Source of the DNA: a virus
Taxonomy: Duplodnaviria; Caudoviricetes
DNA length: 60,514 nt
Direction: 5' to 3' (one strand)
Virus record (IMG/VR): IMGVR_UViG_3300025483_000009
Coordinates: 1-60,514 of that record
The notes below the pieces were generated by a model, which did no database searches, was not told the origin of the DNA, and saw only the letters and a program-made list of their open reading frames with translations. Position numbers and translations under genes: made by a program. Positions 18,545-28,193 of this stretch are shown piece by piece; position 1 is the first letter of the stretch; each line of letters begins with the position of its first letter.

Positions 18545-20695
18545 ATGACCACCCAGCAGATCAAAGGTAACCTTGCTCGCTTGCTCGCTACTGAGAACCT
18601 CATTGTAGAGCATCGTAAGGTCTCTACAGCGTCGTTTGATGTTGACCGCCGTGTCCTTACTCTACCGAACTGGGACCGCGCTTCTAACATCGTTTACGAC
18701 TTGCTGGTGGGTCATGAGGTTGGTCACGCTCTGTTCACCCCCAATGAAGATTGGAACGATCGTGCTACCTGCCCTCGTGACTACATCAATGTGGTTGAGG
18801 ATGCTCGCATCGAAAAACTGATGAAGCGTAAGTTCCCTGGTCTGCGTAAGTCTTTTGCTGGTGGATACACTGAACTCAATGAGCAAGATTTTTTTGGTAT
18901 TGCCGATGAAGATCCTGAGACTTTCAGTCTGATTGATCGTATCAATCTGCATTTTAAGTGTGGTGCTACCTCCCTCATGCCTTTCGATGACGAAGAGAAA
19001 GTCTTTGTGACTCGCATCGATACATGTGAAACTTTTGATGAGGTCTGTCAGATTGCAAATGACATCTATGCTTTTGTGAAGCAACAGAAAGAACAGCAGA
19101 AGCAGGAAGATCTGCCTATGGATGCACCACCATCTCCTCAATCTGGTAACAACGACAGTAAGCAAGAACAGACTCCTACTGGAGACTCTGAAGAGTCTGA
19201 TGATACTGAGATGAAAGATGATGCTCTTCAGTCAGTCAGTGATGACATGGACTACGATCCAGATGCTGATGAAGATGAAGAAGAGTCTAAGACTCAACAA
19301 AATTTTGACAGTGCATCTAACCAACTGACTGATTACAGTAGTAAGAATCTTGTCTATGTGGAGATTCCTGAGAAAATTGACATTAATTCTATTGTTGTTG
19401 ACTGGAAAGAAGTCCATGACTGGATCGATGGAGAGTATGAAGCAGGTCGTGCTGGCATACATAGTGAACTGAATGAAAAATGTGATCGCGAATATCGTGA
19501 GTTCCGACAGAGTTCGCAGAAGGAGGTGAACTACCTTGTCAAGGAGTTTGAGTGCCGTAAGTCTGCTGACGCTTACGCTCGTGCTGGTCAATCTAAGACT
19601 GGTGTGCTTGATACTTCTAAGTTACATACTTATAAGTACAACGAAGATCTTTTCAAAAAAGTAACCATCATGCCTGATGGTAAGAACCATGGCATGTTGT
19701 TCCTGCTTGACTGGTCTGGTTCTATGGTCAATCAGATTCACTCTACATTTAAGCAACTCCTCAATCTGACTGCATTCTGTAAGAAAGTGCAGATTCCTTT
19801 TGAAGTGTATGCTTTCACTAATGAGTGGCGTATTGTCAATCACATCAAAGAGAATGCTGGTGAACTTGATCCTACATTCCACTTCCGTAGTGTGAAGCGT
19901 CACAATCTTACTGTTGGTGAGATCTCCATCAATCCAGAGAATTTCAATCTGGTCAACATCATTTCGTCTCGCTCTAATAGTAAAGATTATGAGCGTCAGT
20001 GTAAAAACATCTGGCATATTACTAGTTCTTACGACGACGGCACATATTCACATTCCAAAATTCCTTACGGCATGGAACTTTCTGGTACTCCATTGAATGA
20101 TGCTATCGTCTGTATGAACTACATCATTCCTCAGTTCAAGAAACAGAATGACTTGCAGAAAGTCAATCTTCTTGTTCTCACTGATGGTGATAGTTGCATG
20201 GTTGGTTATGGTCGTCGGTCATTCGACACTTATACAGATGAAGAGAGAATCTATCGAGCTCGTATCGGTCAGAATGTTTCTCTGCGTGATCGTAAGACGG
20301 GTCGTGTGTATCCTGCATTCCAAGATGCTTTCCATGATGTTACTAATACACTGATTCAGCAGGTTCGTGACCGTTTTCCTGAGGTCAATGTTCTCGGTTT
20401 CCGCATTCTTTTGGGTTCTCATCTGTCCAATTTTGTCCACAACTATGGTCGTGGGTATGAAGGATACTCTGATATTGTGACTCGCTGGAAGAAAGAAAAA
20501 TCTGTGGTAATCCAGAATCCCCTGTCATACTCTGCGATCTTTGCCATCCAGCAGAACAGTCTGGAGTCTGATACCGACTTCAATGTTGAAGCAGGTGCTA
20601 AGAAGGGTGAGATTAGTAAGGCGTTCAAAAAGATGCTGAAGAGCAAGTCCACTAACAAAAAACTACTCAGTTCTTTTGTCGGATATATTGCTTGA
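18545..20695 (+). CDS. HExxH metallopeptidase-like plus vWA (MIDAS) protein, CobT-like
   Basis: HEVGH, NVVEDARIE, acidic linker, DWSGS, GTPL, LTDGD. Confidence 0.85.
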   Translation: MTTQQIKGNLARLLATENLIVEHRKVSTASFDVDRRVLTLPNWDRASNIVYDLLVGHEVGHALFTPNEDWNDRATCPRDYINVVEDARIEKLMKRKFPGLRKSFAGGYTELNEQDFFGIADEDPETFSLIDRINLHFKCGATSLMPFDDEEKVFVTRIDTCETFDEVCQIANDIYAFVKQQKEQQKQEDLPMDAPPSPQSGNNDSKQEQTPTGDSEESDDTEMKDDALQSVSDDMDYDPDADEDEEESKTQQNFDSASNQLTDYSSKNLVYVEIPEKIDINSIVVDWKEVHDWIDGEYEAGRAGIHSELNEKCDREYREFRQSSQKEVNYLVKEFECRKSADAYARAGQSKTGVLDTSKLHTYKYNEDLFKKVTIMPDGKNHGMLFLLDWSGSMVNQIHSTFKQLLNLTAFCKKVQIPFEVYAFTNEWRIVNHIKENAGELDPTFHFRSVKRHNLTVGEISINPENFNLVNIISSRSNSKDYERQCKNIWHITSSYDDGTYSHSKIPYGMELSGTPLNDAIVCMNYIIPQFKKQNDLQKVNLLVLTDGDSCMVGYGRRSFDTYTDEERIYRARIGQNVSLRDRKTGRVYPAFQDAFHDVTNTLIQQVRDRFPEVNVLGFRILLGSHLSNFVHNYGRGYEGYSDIVTRWKKEKSVVIQNPLSYSAIFAIQQNSLESDTDFNVEAGAKKGEISKAFKKMLKSKSTNKKLLSSFVGYIA

Positions 20696-20720
20696 CAACT
20701 TCGCGTTTACCCTATATAAT
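20692..20720 (+). promoter_or_regulatory. Perfect sigma70 consensus promoter
   Basis: TTGACA (20692), 17 nt, TATAAT (20715). Confidence 0.85.
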
Positions 20721-20770
20721 TCTAACATCCCGTTCGTGGGAGCTCCCTATCAAAACATCTAGAACTAAAC

Positions 20771-21400
20771 ATGCGTAAGTGGAAATCCATTTGCCTGCAG
20801 TACAAAAAGTATGAGCAGGTACATAAAGAAAACATCATGCTCGAAGCATTTAAGATGCAACTCAGGGCAAACCCAAACAGTCGCCAGGTGAGATTCATTC
20901 GTAACGCTGCTAAGCGTTACTGCCTCACAAACTTTCCTACTGAATATCGTCAGATGGAAGAGAATGACTGGGATGATGTGGCAAAACGCCTGAGTGCTAC
21001 ATGGCAGCAGGAAAAGAACATTAACGATAAGTTTGCAAACTATCGTGAGGCATATCCTTCTTTCTTCTGGACTTCTAACCAGGAAAAGTCTGTTAGTGTC
21101 AAGGCTGTAATGTCTCAAATCAAACTTCCTTTTGACATTGACACTGTTGATGTTGCTACCCTAGCAGAACCAGCACCTTTGGTTGATGTGAAGAAACCAT
21201 TTGGTCAGGCATACATGTCACCAAAGCAACAAGCTGCTTATGATGCTGCAAAGGCACAGGTGGATGTAACTCCTGTTTCTCCTACCACAAAAACTGCTGT
21301 TGTTCCGCCCACCGATGACATTCTCACTAAAATGCTCAGCATGTTTAGTTCGGCAACGATGACCACGCCAGACGGAACCAAAATCCAATTCCAAAAGTGA
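20771..21400 (+). CDS. Hypothetical protein in its own transcription unit (start may be 20837)
   Basis: 209-aa ORF between a consensus promoter and a terminator. Confidence 0.75.
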   Translation: MRKWKSICLQYKKYEQVHKENIMLEAFKMQLRANPNSRQVRFIRNAAKRYCLTNFPTEYRQMEENDWDDVAKRLSATWQQEKNINDKFANYREAYPSFFWTSNQEKSVSVKAVMSQIKLPFDIDTVDVATLAEPAPLVDVKKPFGQAYMSPKQQAAYDAAKAQVDVTPVSPTTKTAVVPPTDDILTKMLSMFSSATMTTPDGTKIQFQK

Positions 21401-21405
21401 CACAC

Positions 21406-21431
21406 ACCGCCCCTGACGGGGCGGTTTTTTT
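21406..21431 (+). terminator. Rho-independent terminator
   Basis: ACCGCCCC-TGAC-GGGGCGGT followed by a T run. Confidence 0.9.
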
Positions 21432-21465
21432 GTATATAATATGTGCATACAACACAAAGAACTCA

Positions 21466-22560
21466 ATGCCTGCTCGTTCTGACCTAACCACCAACCAACT
21501 GACTGGATATCTCTCTGAAAATTACGGTAATGACATCAATGCTGAGAATGTTCGGTCTGCCTGCGATCACTTTGGTGTAACCTACGCTACTGCTACCAAG
21601 CGCCTGCGTGACTTTTATGTCAAGCGTGGCACTTGGAACCTGACTGTTCAAGAGAAACTTGAGCAACAGTATCAAGCACCTGCTGCTGTTCCTGTTACCG
21701 CTCGGGAAGAACAGAACCTTGTTCCTATCAAGGATGACAATTATGTCCCGTTCGGTAACTTCTCTGATGTAAAAAAAGTCATCCAGTCGCGACTGTTTTA
21801 CCCTGCTTTCATCACTGGTTTGTCAGGCAACGGTAAAACTTTCTCTGTTGAGCAAGCATGTGCTGCTCTAAATAGGGAGTTGATTCGTGTGAACATCACC
21901 ATTGAAACCGACGAGGATGATCTTATTGGTGGTTTCCGTCTTGTTAACGGCGAAACTGTTTGGCATAATGGTCCAGTCATCGAAGCTCTGGAGCGGGGAG
22001 CTGTGCTGCTTCTAGATGAGGTTGACCTGGCATCTAACAAGATTCTTTGTCTGCAATCTGTGTTGGAAGGCAAGGGTGTCTTCCTGAAGAAGACAGGTCG
22101 CTATGTTCAACCTGCTCCTGGTTTCAATGTGATTGCTACTGCCAACACCAAGGGCAAGGGCAGCGATGACGGTCGTTTTATCGGCACGAATGTTCTCAAC
22201 GAAGCATTTCTTGAGCGTTTTGCTATGACCTTTGAGCAGGAGTATCCTACTGTCTCTGTAGAGACTAAGATTCTTGAGAAAGTTTCTGCTTCTCTTGGTG
22301 TCAGTGATCAAGATTTCTGTGTCAATCTTGCCAACTGGGCAGATATCATCCGTAAAACTTTCAAAGATGGTGGTATCGATGAGGTGATCTCTACCCGTCG
22401 TCTGGTCCACATCATGCGTGCCTTTGCGATCTGGGGTGATCGTATGAAAGCGATCAAAGTTTGTGTCAATCGCTTCGATGATGAGACTAAGCAGTCATTT
22501 GTCGAACTTTATGATAAAATTGACGCTGACATTCAAACTGAAGAGGAGTCTGCTGAATGA
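21466..22560 (+). CDS. cobS: CobS-like / MoxR-type AAA+ ATPase
   Basis: GLSGNGKT, LLLDE, TANTKGKGSDDGRF, STRRLV. Confidence 0.9.
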   Translation: MPARSDLTTNQLTGYLSENYGNDINAENVRSACDHFGVTYATATKRLRDFYVKRGTWNLTVQEKLEQQYQAPAAVPVTAREEQNLVPIKDDNYVPFGNFSDVKKVIQSRLFYPAFITGLSGNGKTFSVEQACAALNRELIRVNITIETDEDDLIGGFRLVNGETVWHNGPVIEALERGAVLLLDEVDLASNKILCLQSVLEGKGVFLKKTGRYVQPAPGFNVIATANTKGKGSDDGRFIGTNVLNEAFLERFAMTFEQEYPTVSVETKILEKVSASLGVSDQDFCVNLANWADIIRKTFKDGGIDEVISTRRLVHIMRAFAIWGDRMKAIKVCVNRFDDETKQSFVELYDKIDADIQTEEESAE

Positions 22561-22736
22561 TGATTACTAAAATTCAACCAGGAGATTGTACTTTTATTGG
22601 CAGTGTCATCCGCCTTCGTGGCGGTGGATCTGCCCGAGTGACCAAAGTTGATGGTGAACATATTCACTTTCTCAGTCTTGACGGTCAATCTGATTTCTGT
22701 TATTATGATCAAATCGAATACGTCTGTACACCATGA
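22557..22736 (+). CDS. Hypothetical 59-aa protein (not in the ORF track)
   Basis: GAGGAG RBS; ATGA overlaps at both ends. Confidence 0.6.
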   Translation: MMITKIQPGDCTFIGSVIRLRGGGSARVTKVDGEHIHFLSLDGQSDFCYYDQIEYVCTP

Positions 22737-23017
22737 TGAAGTATGATGAAGACGCAATTTTGAATGAGTTGCGTGACTATATTATCTCTACTTACAACCA
22801 ACACTATTCGGCAGGCAATGATGCTATCCAAACTCTAGATCTAATCGAGTCTTGTGGTGATGCAGAAGCATTTTGCCGATCGAATATTCTAAAGTATGCA
22901 TCACGATATGATAAGAAAGGAACCGCTCGTCGTGACATCATGAAGATTCTGCACTATGCTGTGCTTCTGATGCACTTCTCTGACAAATCCATCACCACCG
23001 AAACTTACCCTCAATGA
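22733..23017 (+). CDS. DUF3310-like protein (T7 gp1.7-related nucleotide kinase family)
   Basis: QHY, NILKYASRYDKKG, DIMKILHY. Confidence 0.7.
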   Translation: MMKYDEDAILNELRDYIISTYNQHYSAGNDAIQTLDLIESCGDAEAFCRSNILKYASRYDKKGTARRDIMKILHYAVLLMHFSDKSITTETYPQ

Positions 23018-23685
23018 GCACCGTCATCCTTTCAAACAATACTCTCAATGTCCTCAGAAACTACAGCACAATCAACTCATCGATTGTATTCCGACAGGGC
23101 AACACCCTACGAACCATCTCTAATGCTGAGAACATCCTCGCAAAGTTTACTAGCGAGGAAGTTTTTCCGATGGACTTCGCTATCTATGATCTTAGTCAGT
23201 TCCTTTCTGGGATCTCTCTGTTTAGCAACCCTCAGCTTGAGTTTGACAACGAAAATTTTGTCACTATCCGTGGCGGTCGTCAGTCTGCTCGCTATTATTT
23301 TTCTGACCCAGAGATTACGCTCAAATCTGCTCCAGAAAAAAATGTGAAGTTCCCTGGTGCAGACATCCAGTTCAACATGGATGATCAGTGTCTCAGTGAT
23401 CTGCGTAAAGCATCTGCTGTCTACGGTCTTCCTGATCTGACATTCAAGACGGAAGCATCTCAGGACCAAGTAACCCTGATTCTGCATGACAAAGAGAATG
23501 AGACTAGTAACACTTACGAACAGGTTGTAACTGGTTGCGCTACTGGAGACTTCTCACTTGATGTGAAGATCGAAAACATTCGTGTTCTTCCTGGTCAATA
23601 TTCCGTCAAGGTTTCTAAGCATCTCATCTCTGAGTGGACTAATATAAACACCGACCTTACTTATTACATTGCCTTGGAGCCCTGA
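23014..23685 (+). CDS. g45: Sliding clamp
   Basis: NYSTINSSI, FAIYDLSQFL, YYIALEP. Confidence 0.95.
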   Translation: MSTVILSNNTLNVLRNYSTINSSIVFRQGNTLRTISNAENILAKFTSEEVFPMDFAIYDLSQFLSGISLFSNPQLEFDNENFVTIRGGRQSARYYFSDPEITLKSAPEKNVKFPGADIQFNMDDQCLSDLRKASAVYGLPDLTFKTEASQDQVTLILHDKENETSNTYEQVVTGCATGDFSLDVKIENIRVLPGQYSVKVSKHLISEWTNINTDLTYYIALEP

Positions 23686-24020
23686 TGAGACATATCCTTT
23701 TTACACTCAAAGAGTGTAACAAATCGTTCTTGGATGACGAACAGTTTGTAAGGGATGTTGTCTATCAGGCATCAGTCAAATGTAAATCAACTCTACTAGC
23801 ACTTAACTCACATAAGTTTGATCCGCAAGGTGTAACTTGTATTGCTATGCTTGCTGAATCCCACATCAGCATTCATACTTGGCCAGAGAAACGCATGGCA
23901 GTGTGTGATATTTTCACATGTGGTGAGCATACTAGACCCAAAAAGGGTGTAGAATATATGCAACTGATGTTCGATGCCAAGGACATCATCTGTAAATCCT
24001 TTACGAGACCGTTGGAATGA
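23685..24020 (+). CDS. speD: Pyruvoyl-dependent S-adenosylmethionine decarboxylase proenzyme
   Basis: LAESHISIHTWPE self-cleavage motif, DIFTCG. Confidence 0.92.
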   Translation: MRHILFTLKECNKSFLDDEQFVRDVVYQASVKCKSTLLALNSHKFDPQGVTCIAMLAESHISIHTWPEKRMAVCDIFTCGEHTRPKKGVEYMQLMFDAKDIICKSFTRPLE

Positions 24021-24961
24021 GCAAAGAGTTTCTGTGGGTGGAGAAATACCGCCCGAACATTGTCGAAGACTGCATCTTGCCTGATAGCATCAAGCAGGTG
24101 TTTCAGGGTTTCGTCAACCAAGGGGAACTCCCTAACCTGCTGCTGAGTGGCACTGCTGGAGTCGGCAAGACTACCATCGCAAAGGCGTTGTGTGAGGAGA
24201 TTGGTGCTTCTTACATCGTGATCAATGGATCTGATGAAGGACGCTTCCTAGACACCGTGAGGAACCGTGTCAGACAGTTTGCTACGACAGTCTCACTGAC
24301 TTCTGGTGCCGCCCACAAGGTGGTTATCATTGATGAGGCAGACAACACCACTAACGATGTTCAACTGTCTCTCAGAACCGCTGTTGAGGAGTTCCACAGC
24401 AACTGCCGTTTCATTTTTACCTGCAACTTTATCAATAAAATTATTGAACCGTTGCACTCCCGCTGTACTGTTGTTGACTTTCGCATCAAACCAGAGCAAG
24501 CGACAGTATTGCAAGGTCAATTCTTCACTCGTTTGAAAACTATCTTGACCCATGAACAAGTCGAGTTTGAGGACAAGGTTATTGCTAAGCTTGTCCGTAG
24601 GTATTATCCTGATTGGCGTCGCCTTATTAACGAGTGCCAACGGTATGCCGCTACTGGTAGTATTTCGTCTGCTATCCTTGTGGATGTTGCTGATGTTAAT
24701 CTGGATGCACTACTTGCGTCCCTGAAGAAGAAAGAGTTTACTAATGTCAAAACCTGGGTTGTCCAACACATGGATAATGATCCCAGTATGGTTATGCGTA
24801 AAGTCTATGATAGTCTGTATGGTGTATTGAAACCTGCTTCTATTCCTGAGGCAGTCTTGATCATTGCAAAGTACATGAAGGACATCATTATCGTTCCTGA
24901 TCAGGAGATCAATATGCTTGCCTGTTTGACAGAGATTATGATGAGTTGTGAATTTCGATGA
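24017..24961 (+). CDS. g44: Clamp loader large subunit
   Basis: LWVEKYRP, GTAGVGKT, IIDEAD, SRC. Confidence 0.97.
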   Translation: MSKEFLWVEKYRPNIVEDCILPDSIKQVFQGFVNQGELPNLLLSGTAGVGKTTIAKALCEEIGASYIVINGSDEGRFLDTVRNRVRQFATTVSLTSGAAHKVVIIDEADNTTNDVQLSLRTAVEEFHSNCRFIFTCNFINKIIEPLHSRCTVVDFRIKPEQATVLQGQFFTRLKTILTHEQVEFEDKVIAKLVRRYYPDWRRLINECQRYAATGSISSAILVDVADVNLDALLASLKKKEFTNVKTWVVQHMDNDPSMVMRKVYDSLYGVLKPASIPEAVLIIAKYMKDIIIVPDQEINMLACLTEIMMSCEFR

Positions 24962-25221
24962 CTAAAAAAACTACCCCACAAAATGTAAAAGAAGCACATG
25001 AAGGACTTTTTTATGCTACAATGAATCTACCTGCTGCAGCTGCACACTGTGGTATGACCCAGAAGGAGTTAAAAATGACGTTCTTTGAGTATCTTAAGTA
25101 CAATGCCCCAAACTTTGAAATCACTGAAGACACCGCTCCGTTACCCAGGGGGCAAAAGCAGGGCGCTAGCAAACCTGTTCCGATTCCTCCCCGACCTTTC
25201 CCAGGCAACCGAGTATCGTGA
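24958..25221 (+). CDS. Hypothetical protein overlapping the 5' end of dam
   Basis: ATGA-coupled to g44; HTH-like MNLPAAAAHCGMTQKELK. Confidence 0.55.
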   Translation: MTKKTTPQNVKEAHEGLFYATMNLPAAAAHCGMTQKELKMTFFEYLKYNAPNFEITEDTAPLPRGQKQGASKPVPIPPRPFPGNRVS

Positions 25222-25948
25222 ACCTTTCTTGGGCGGCGGTAGTGTCGCCCTTGAGGTTACTAAGCGATATCCTGGTATAGATATTTGGGTAAACGATCTG
25301 TACGAACCGCTGTATAACTTTTGGCGTGTTCTGCAGGATGAAGGCGCAAGACTCCATGATACCCTCAATCAACTCAAACACAGACATTGCGAACCTGTTT
25401 CCGCTAAAGTCTTGTTCCTCGAAGCTAAGGAATATCTTGGACAGGATGTTCGTAAGACTGATTCTTTCCAGCGTGCTGTGTCTTTTTATATTGTTAATAA
25501 GTGCAGCTTTAGTGGACTCACTGAGTCATCTTCTTTCTCCCAGCAAGCGAGCGAATCTAACTTTTCCCTCAACGGAATTGCTAAGTTGAAAGATTACCAA
25601 GCGTTGATTGGTAACTGGCGTATCACTAATCTTTCGTATGAATATCTTCTAACGGACGATAAGAAAGTCTTTACCTATCTTGATCCTCCGTATGAGATTA
25701 AAGATAATCTCTATGGCAGGAAGGGATCGATGCACAAGGGATTCAATCACGATCACTTTGCTATCAAGTGTGACAGGTTCGTTGGACCGCAGTTGATTTC
25801 ATACAACAACTCTCAACTGATCAAAGATCGGTTCAAGGGGTGGACAGCTGCTGAATTTGCACACACTTACACCATGCGCTCCGTAGGGAGTTATAATACA
25901 GATCAAGCAGAACGCAAGGAACTAGTCCTTTTCAATTATGAAGTGTGA
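25103..25948 (+). CDS. dam: DNA adenine methyltransferase (Dam/D12 class)
   Basis: LRYPGGKS, EPFLGGGS, DPPY. Confidence 0.92.
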   Translation: MPQTLKSLKTPLRYPGGKSRALANLFRFLPDLSQATEYREPFLGGGSVALEVTKRYPGIDIWVNDLYEPLYNFWRVLQDEGARLHDTLNQLKHRHCEPVSAKVLFLEAKEYLGQDVRKTDSFQRAVSFYIVNKCSFSGLTESSSFSQQASESNFSLNGIAKLKDYQALIGNWRITNLSYEYLLTDDKKVFTYLDPPYEIKDNLYGRKGSMHKGFNHDHFAIKCDRFVGPQLISYNNSQLIKDRFKGWTAAEFAHTYTMRSVGSYNTDQAERKELVLFNYEV

Positions 25949-26081
25949 AGTCCGTCTCTATGTCGCTGGCACTGTGTTCACCGAAGAGGTGATCACCCGC
26001 AACTACGAAGAAGCACGCCAGGTAGCACTGGCACGCAACCCTAACGCCAAAGTTCTTGGTGTCACTGCCAAGTTCAACTAA
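25938..26081 (+). CDS. Hypothetical 47-aa protein (not in the ORF track)
   Basis: MKCEVRLYVAGTVFTEEV...ALARNPNAKV; TAATG-coupled to the next ORF. Confidence 0.65.
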   Translation: MKCEVRLYVAGTVFTEEVITRNYEEARQVALARNPNAKVLGVTAKFN

Positions 26082-26599
26082 TGTCAGGCATCAATATCCT
26101 CACTGCCGAGAAGCAGGTCCCTGTATTCATTCTGCATGTGGACCCTGAGCAGTGGGGACTTTCTGATGTCATCAAAAAACATAGGATCAAGCATCCAGAG
26201 TCCCACAAAAGCAATGTCAATGCATGGCATAGTGCATGGGATACACACAAAGTCAATCCCAAATTTAAACCAGTTGCCAAGCACATTGTAGAAGCATGTG
26301 AGTTTATCATGGAAGGTTACTATGATTACTTTGACAAACTAAAGTGCAAGGAACTATGGGCAATGCAGTATGATGTAGGTGACTCTGCTATGAGACATGC
26401 ACATTTTCCATACACATTTGCCTGTGCATACTATGTCGATGTCGAAGATGGGTGTTCACCCATAGTTTTTGAAGGTAAACTAAAAGTACCTGCTGAGACA
26501 GGTAGACTGGTCATTTTTCCTGCAGGTTTGCAGCATGAAGTGCCACCAACAGACTCAAAGAGAACCGTTATTTCTGCAAATATATGTCTTACCAACTGA
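26081..26599 (+). CDS. 2OG-Fe(II) oxygenase-like protein (TIGR02466-type)
   Basis: W...HAH, LVIFPAGLQHEV, RTVISAN. Confidence 0.8.
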   Translation: MSGINILTAEKQVPVFILHVDPEQWGLSDVIKKHRIKHPESHKSNVNAWHSAWDTHKVNPKFKPVAKHIVEACEFIMEGYYDYFDKLKCKELWAMQYDVGDSAMRHAHFPYTFACAYYVDVEDGCSPIVFEGKLKVPAETGRLVIFPAGLQHEVPPTDSKRTVISANICLTN

Positions 26600-26982
26600 A
26601 AGATTATCTGTATTCAATCAACCAATCCAAGAAAAGCATTCTCGATGATGATTTTGATGCTGAGCGAGGTTATCCTCCTTACATTGTTAACAGGTGCCTC
26701 AGTTCTTTCACTGACACTATCCTTTATGTCAATGAAATGAATAAGTGTCCACATTTACCCAAAAAATTACAATATGATTTTTTGCTAAATAGTGTGAAAC
26801 CTAGGAAGCGTTTCTCTCCCTGGGCTCGCAAAGATTCTATTGATAATCTTGAAGCGGTAAAAGAGTATTATGGTTATAATGACGATAAAGCACTCCAAGC
26901 ACTCAGGATTCTTACCAAGGATCAACTAGATAAGATTACATATTCATTGAGAAAGGGTGGAAATAATGAGCGTCGAAACTGA
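26584..26982 (+). CDS. g62: Clamp loader small subunit
   Basis: YPPYIVNRCLS, QYDF, KEYYGY; precedes regA. Confidence 0.93.
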   Translation: MSYQLKDYLYSINQSKKSILDDDFDAERGYPPYIVNRCLSSFTDTILYVNEMNKCPHLPKKLQYDFLLNSVKPRKRFSPWARKDSIDNLEAVKEYYGYNDDKALQALRILTKDQLDKITYSLRKGGNNERRN

Positions 26983-27394
26983 AATCCAGTGGAAGCAAAC
27001 TGACATGGTTGAAGTGGTTCTGAATGAACCAGATGATTTTCTTAAAGTGAGAGAGACGCTGACTCGAATCGGTGTGGCATCACGCAAAGAGAAGAAGATC
27101 TATCAGTCTTGCCATATCCTACACAAGCAGGGTAAATATTTTATTGTACACTTCAAAGAATTGTTTGCCCTTGACGGTAAAAAGACAAATCTTTCTTTGA
27201 ACGATGTTCAGCGTCGTAATAGAATCATTCAACTTCTAGTTGATTGGGGTCTGGTTGGCATCGATGAAGATGCAAAGACTAAGATTGCTGATCTTGCACC
27301 ACTTAATCAGATCAAAGTGCTTGCGTTCAAAGAAAAGGGTGAGTGGACGCTAGAAAGCAAGTATAATATTGGTAGAAAGAAGCAAGAGTCATAA
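26966..27394 (+). CDS. regA: Translational repressor RegA
   Basis: DDFLKVRETLTRIG, QSCHILHKQGKYFIVHFKELF. Confidence 0.97.
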   Translation: MSVETEIQWKQTDMVEVVLNEPDDFLKVRETLTRIGVASRKEKKIYQSCHILHKQGKYFIVHFKELFALDGKKTNLSLNDVQRRNRIIQLLVDWGLVGIDEDAKTKIADLAPLNQIKVLAFKEKGEWTLESKYNIGRKKQES

Positions 27395-28125
27395 TGCCCG
27401 AAGTGAATTTGCAGGGCACCGTCAATGATCTGGTAATCAAACAGAGAAATTGCGACCCTAAACTACATCGATGGAAAACTTGGGAACCTAACACACCATT
27501 TGCACCGAACTTGGATGTTTCTTTGTACTTAGATAAGTACCAGGGAAATCTTGCGTCTAACTTAAAACGCATGATTGAGAAAGCAGGTATTGGTTCTTAC
27601 AACGAACAACTATCTGGTAATAATTTTTTCGGTGAATGGACTAAGTACAATATTTTTGACTGGAAGGAATCATGTATCCAAGTTCTTAGGCATAAGATAT
27701 ATCAGTCATATGTGGATTACTGTAAAGCAATTGATGTTCCTGCACTAAACCGAGAAGATATTTTAATTCGTGGATGGGCGGTTCGTCTAGAACCAGGCGA
27801 ACCGATTGGTATGCATTCACATTCTCTACATGAAAATACATTTGTCAGTGGCAACATGAGTCTGGATGACTATCCAACCAGCACTGACTATTGGATACCA
27901 CTTTTTAGCTTGTATCATGGACCATATGAGTGTCCAAATAAGAAAGGAAATGTTGCTCTGTTTCCTTCATGGTTACAGCATGGAGTGGCAAATAATATGA
28001 CAGGTGAGGTTCGGTTTTCACTAGCATTTGACATGTTTGTCAAAGATAGCATCGAATTTATACTGAAAACCGAATCACAAAGTTCGGATCTTGCCCAAAT
28101 TATACTGAAATCTATACCACTATAA
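27394..28125 (+). CDS. 2OG-Fe(II) oxygenase-like protein
   Basis: HSH, LFPSWLQHGV, RFSLAFD. Confidence 0.8.
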   Translation: MPEVNLQGTVNDLVIKQRNCDPKLHRWKTWEPNTPFAPNLDVSLYLDKYQGNLASNLKRMIEKAGIGSYNEQLSGNNFFGEWTKYNIFDWKESCIQVLRHKIYQSYVDYCKAIDVPALNREDILIRGWAVRLEPGEPIGMHSHSLHENTFVSGNMSLDDYPTSTDYWIPLFSLYHGPYECPNKKGNVALFPSWLQHGVANNMTGEVRFSLAFDMFVKDSIEFILKTESQSSDLAQIILKSIPL

Positions 28126-28193
28126 GTGTTATAATTATATACGGATGCCTTCGGGATCCACAAAACACAAACTCGCTTAATAGGAGCTATCAA

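Noticed and set aside
21466-22560. Cobalamin biosynthesis pathway
   Set aside because: No other cob genes are present; the ATPase fits a MoxR-vWA pairing
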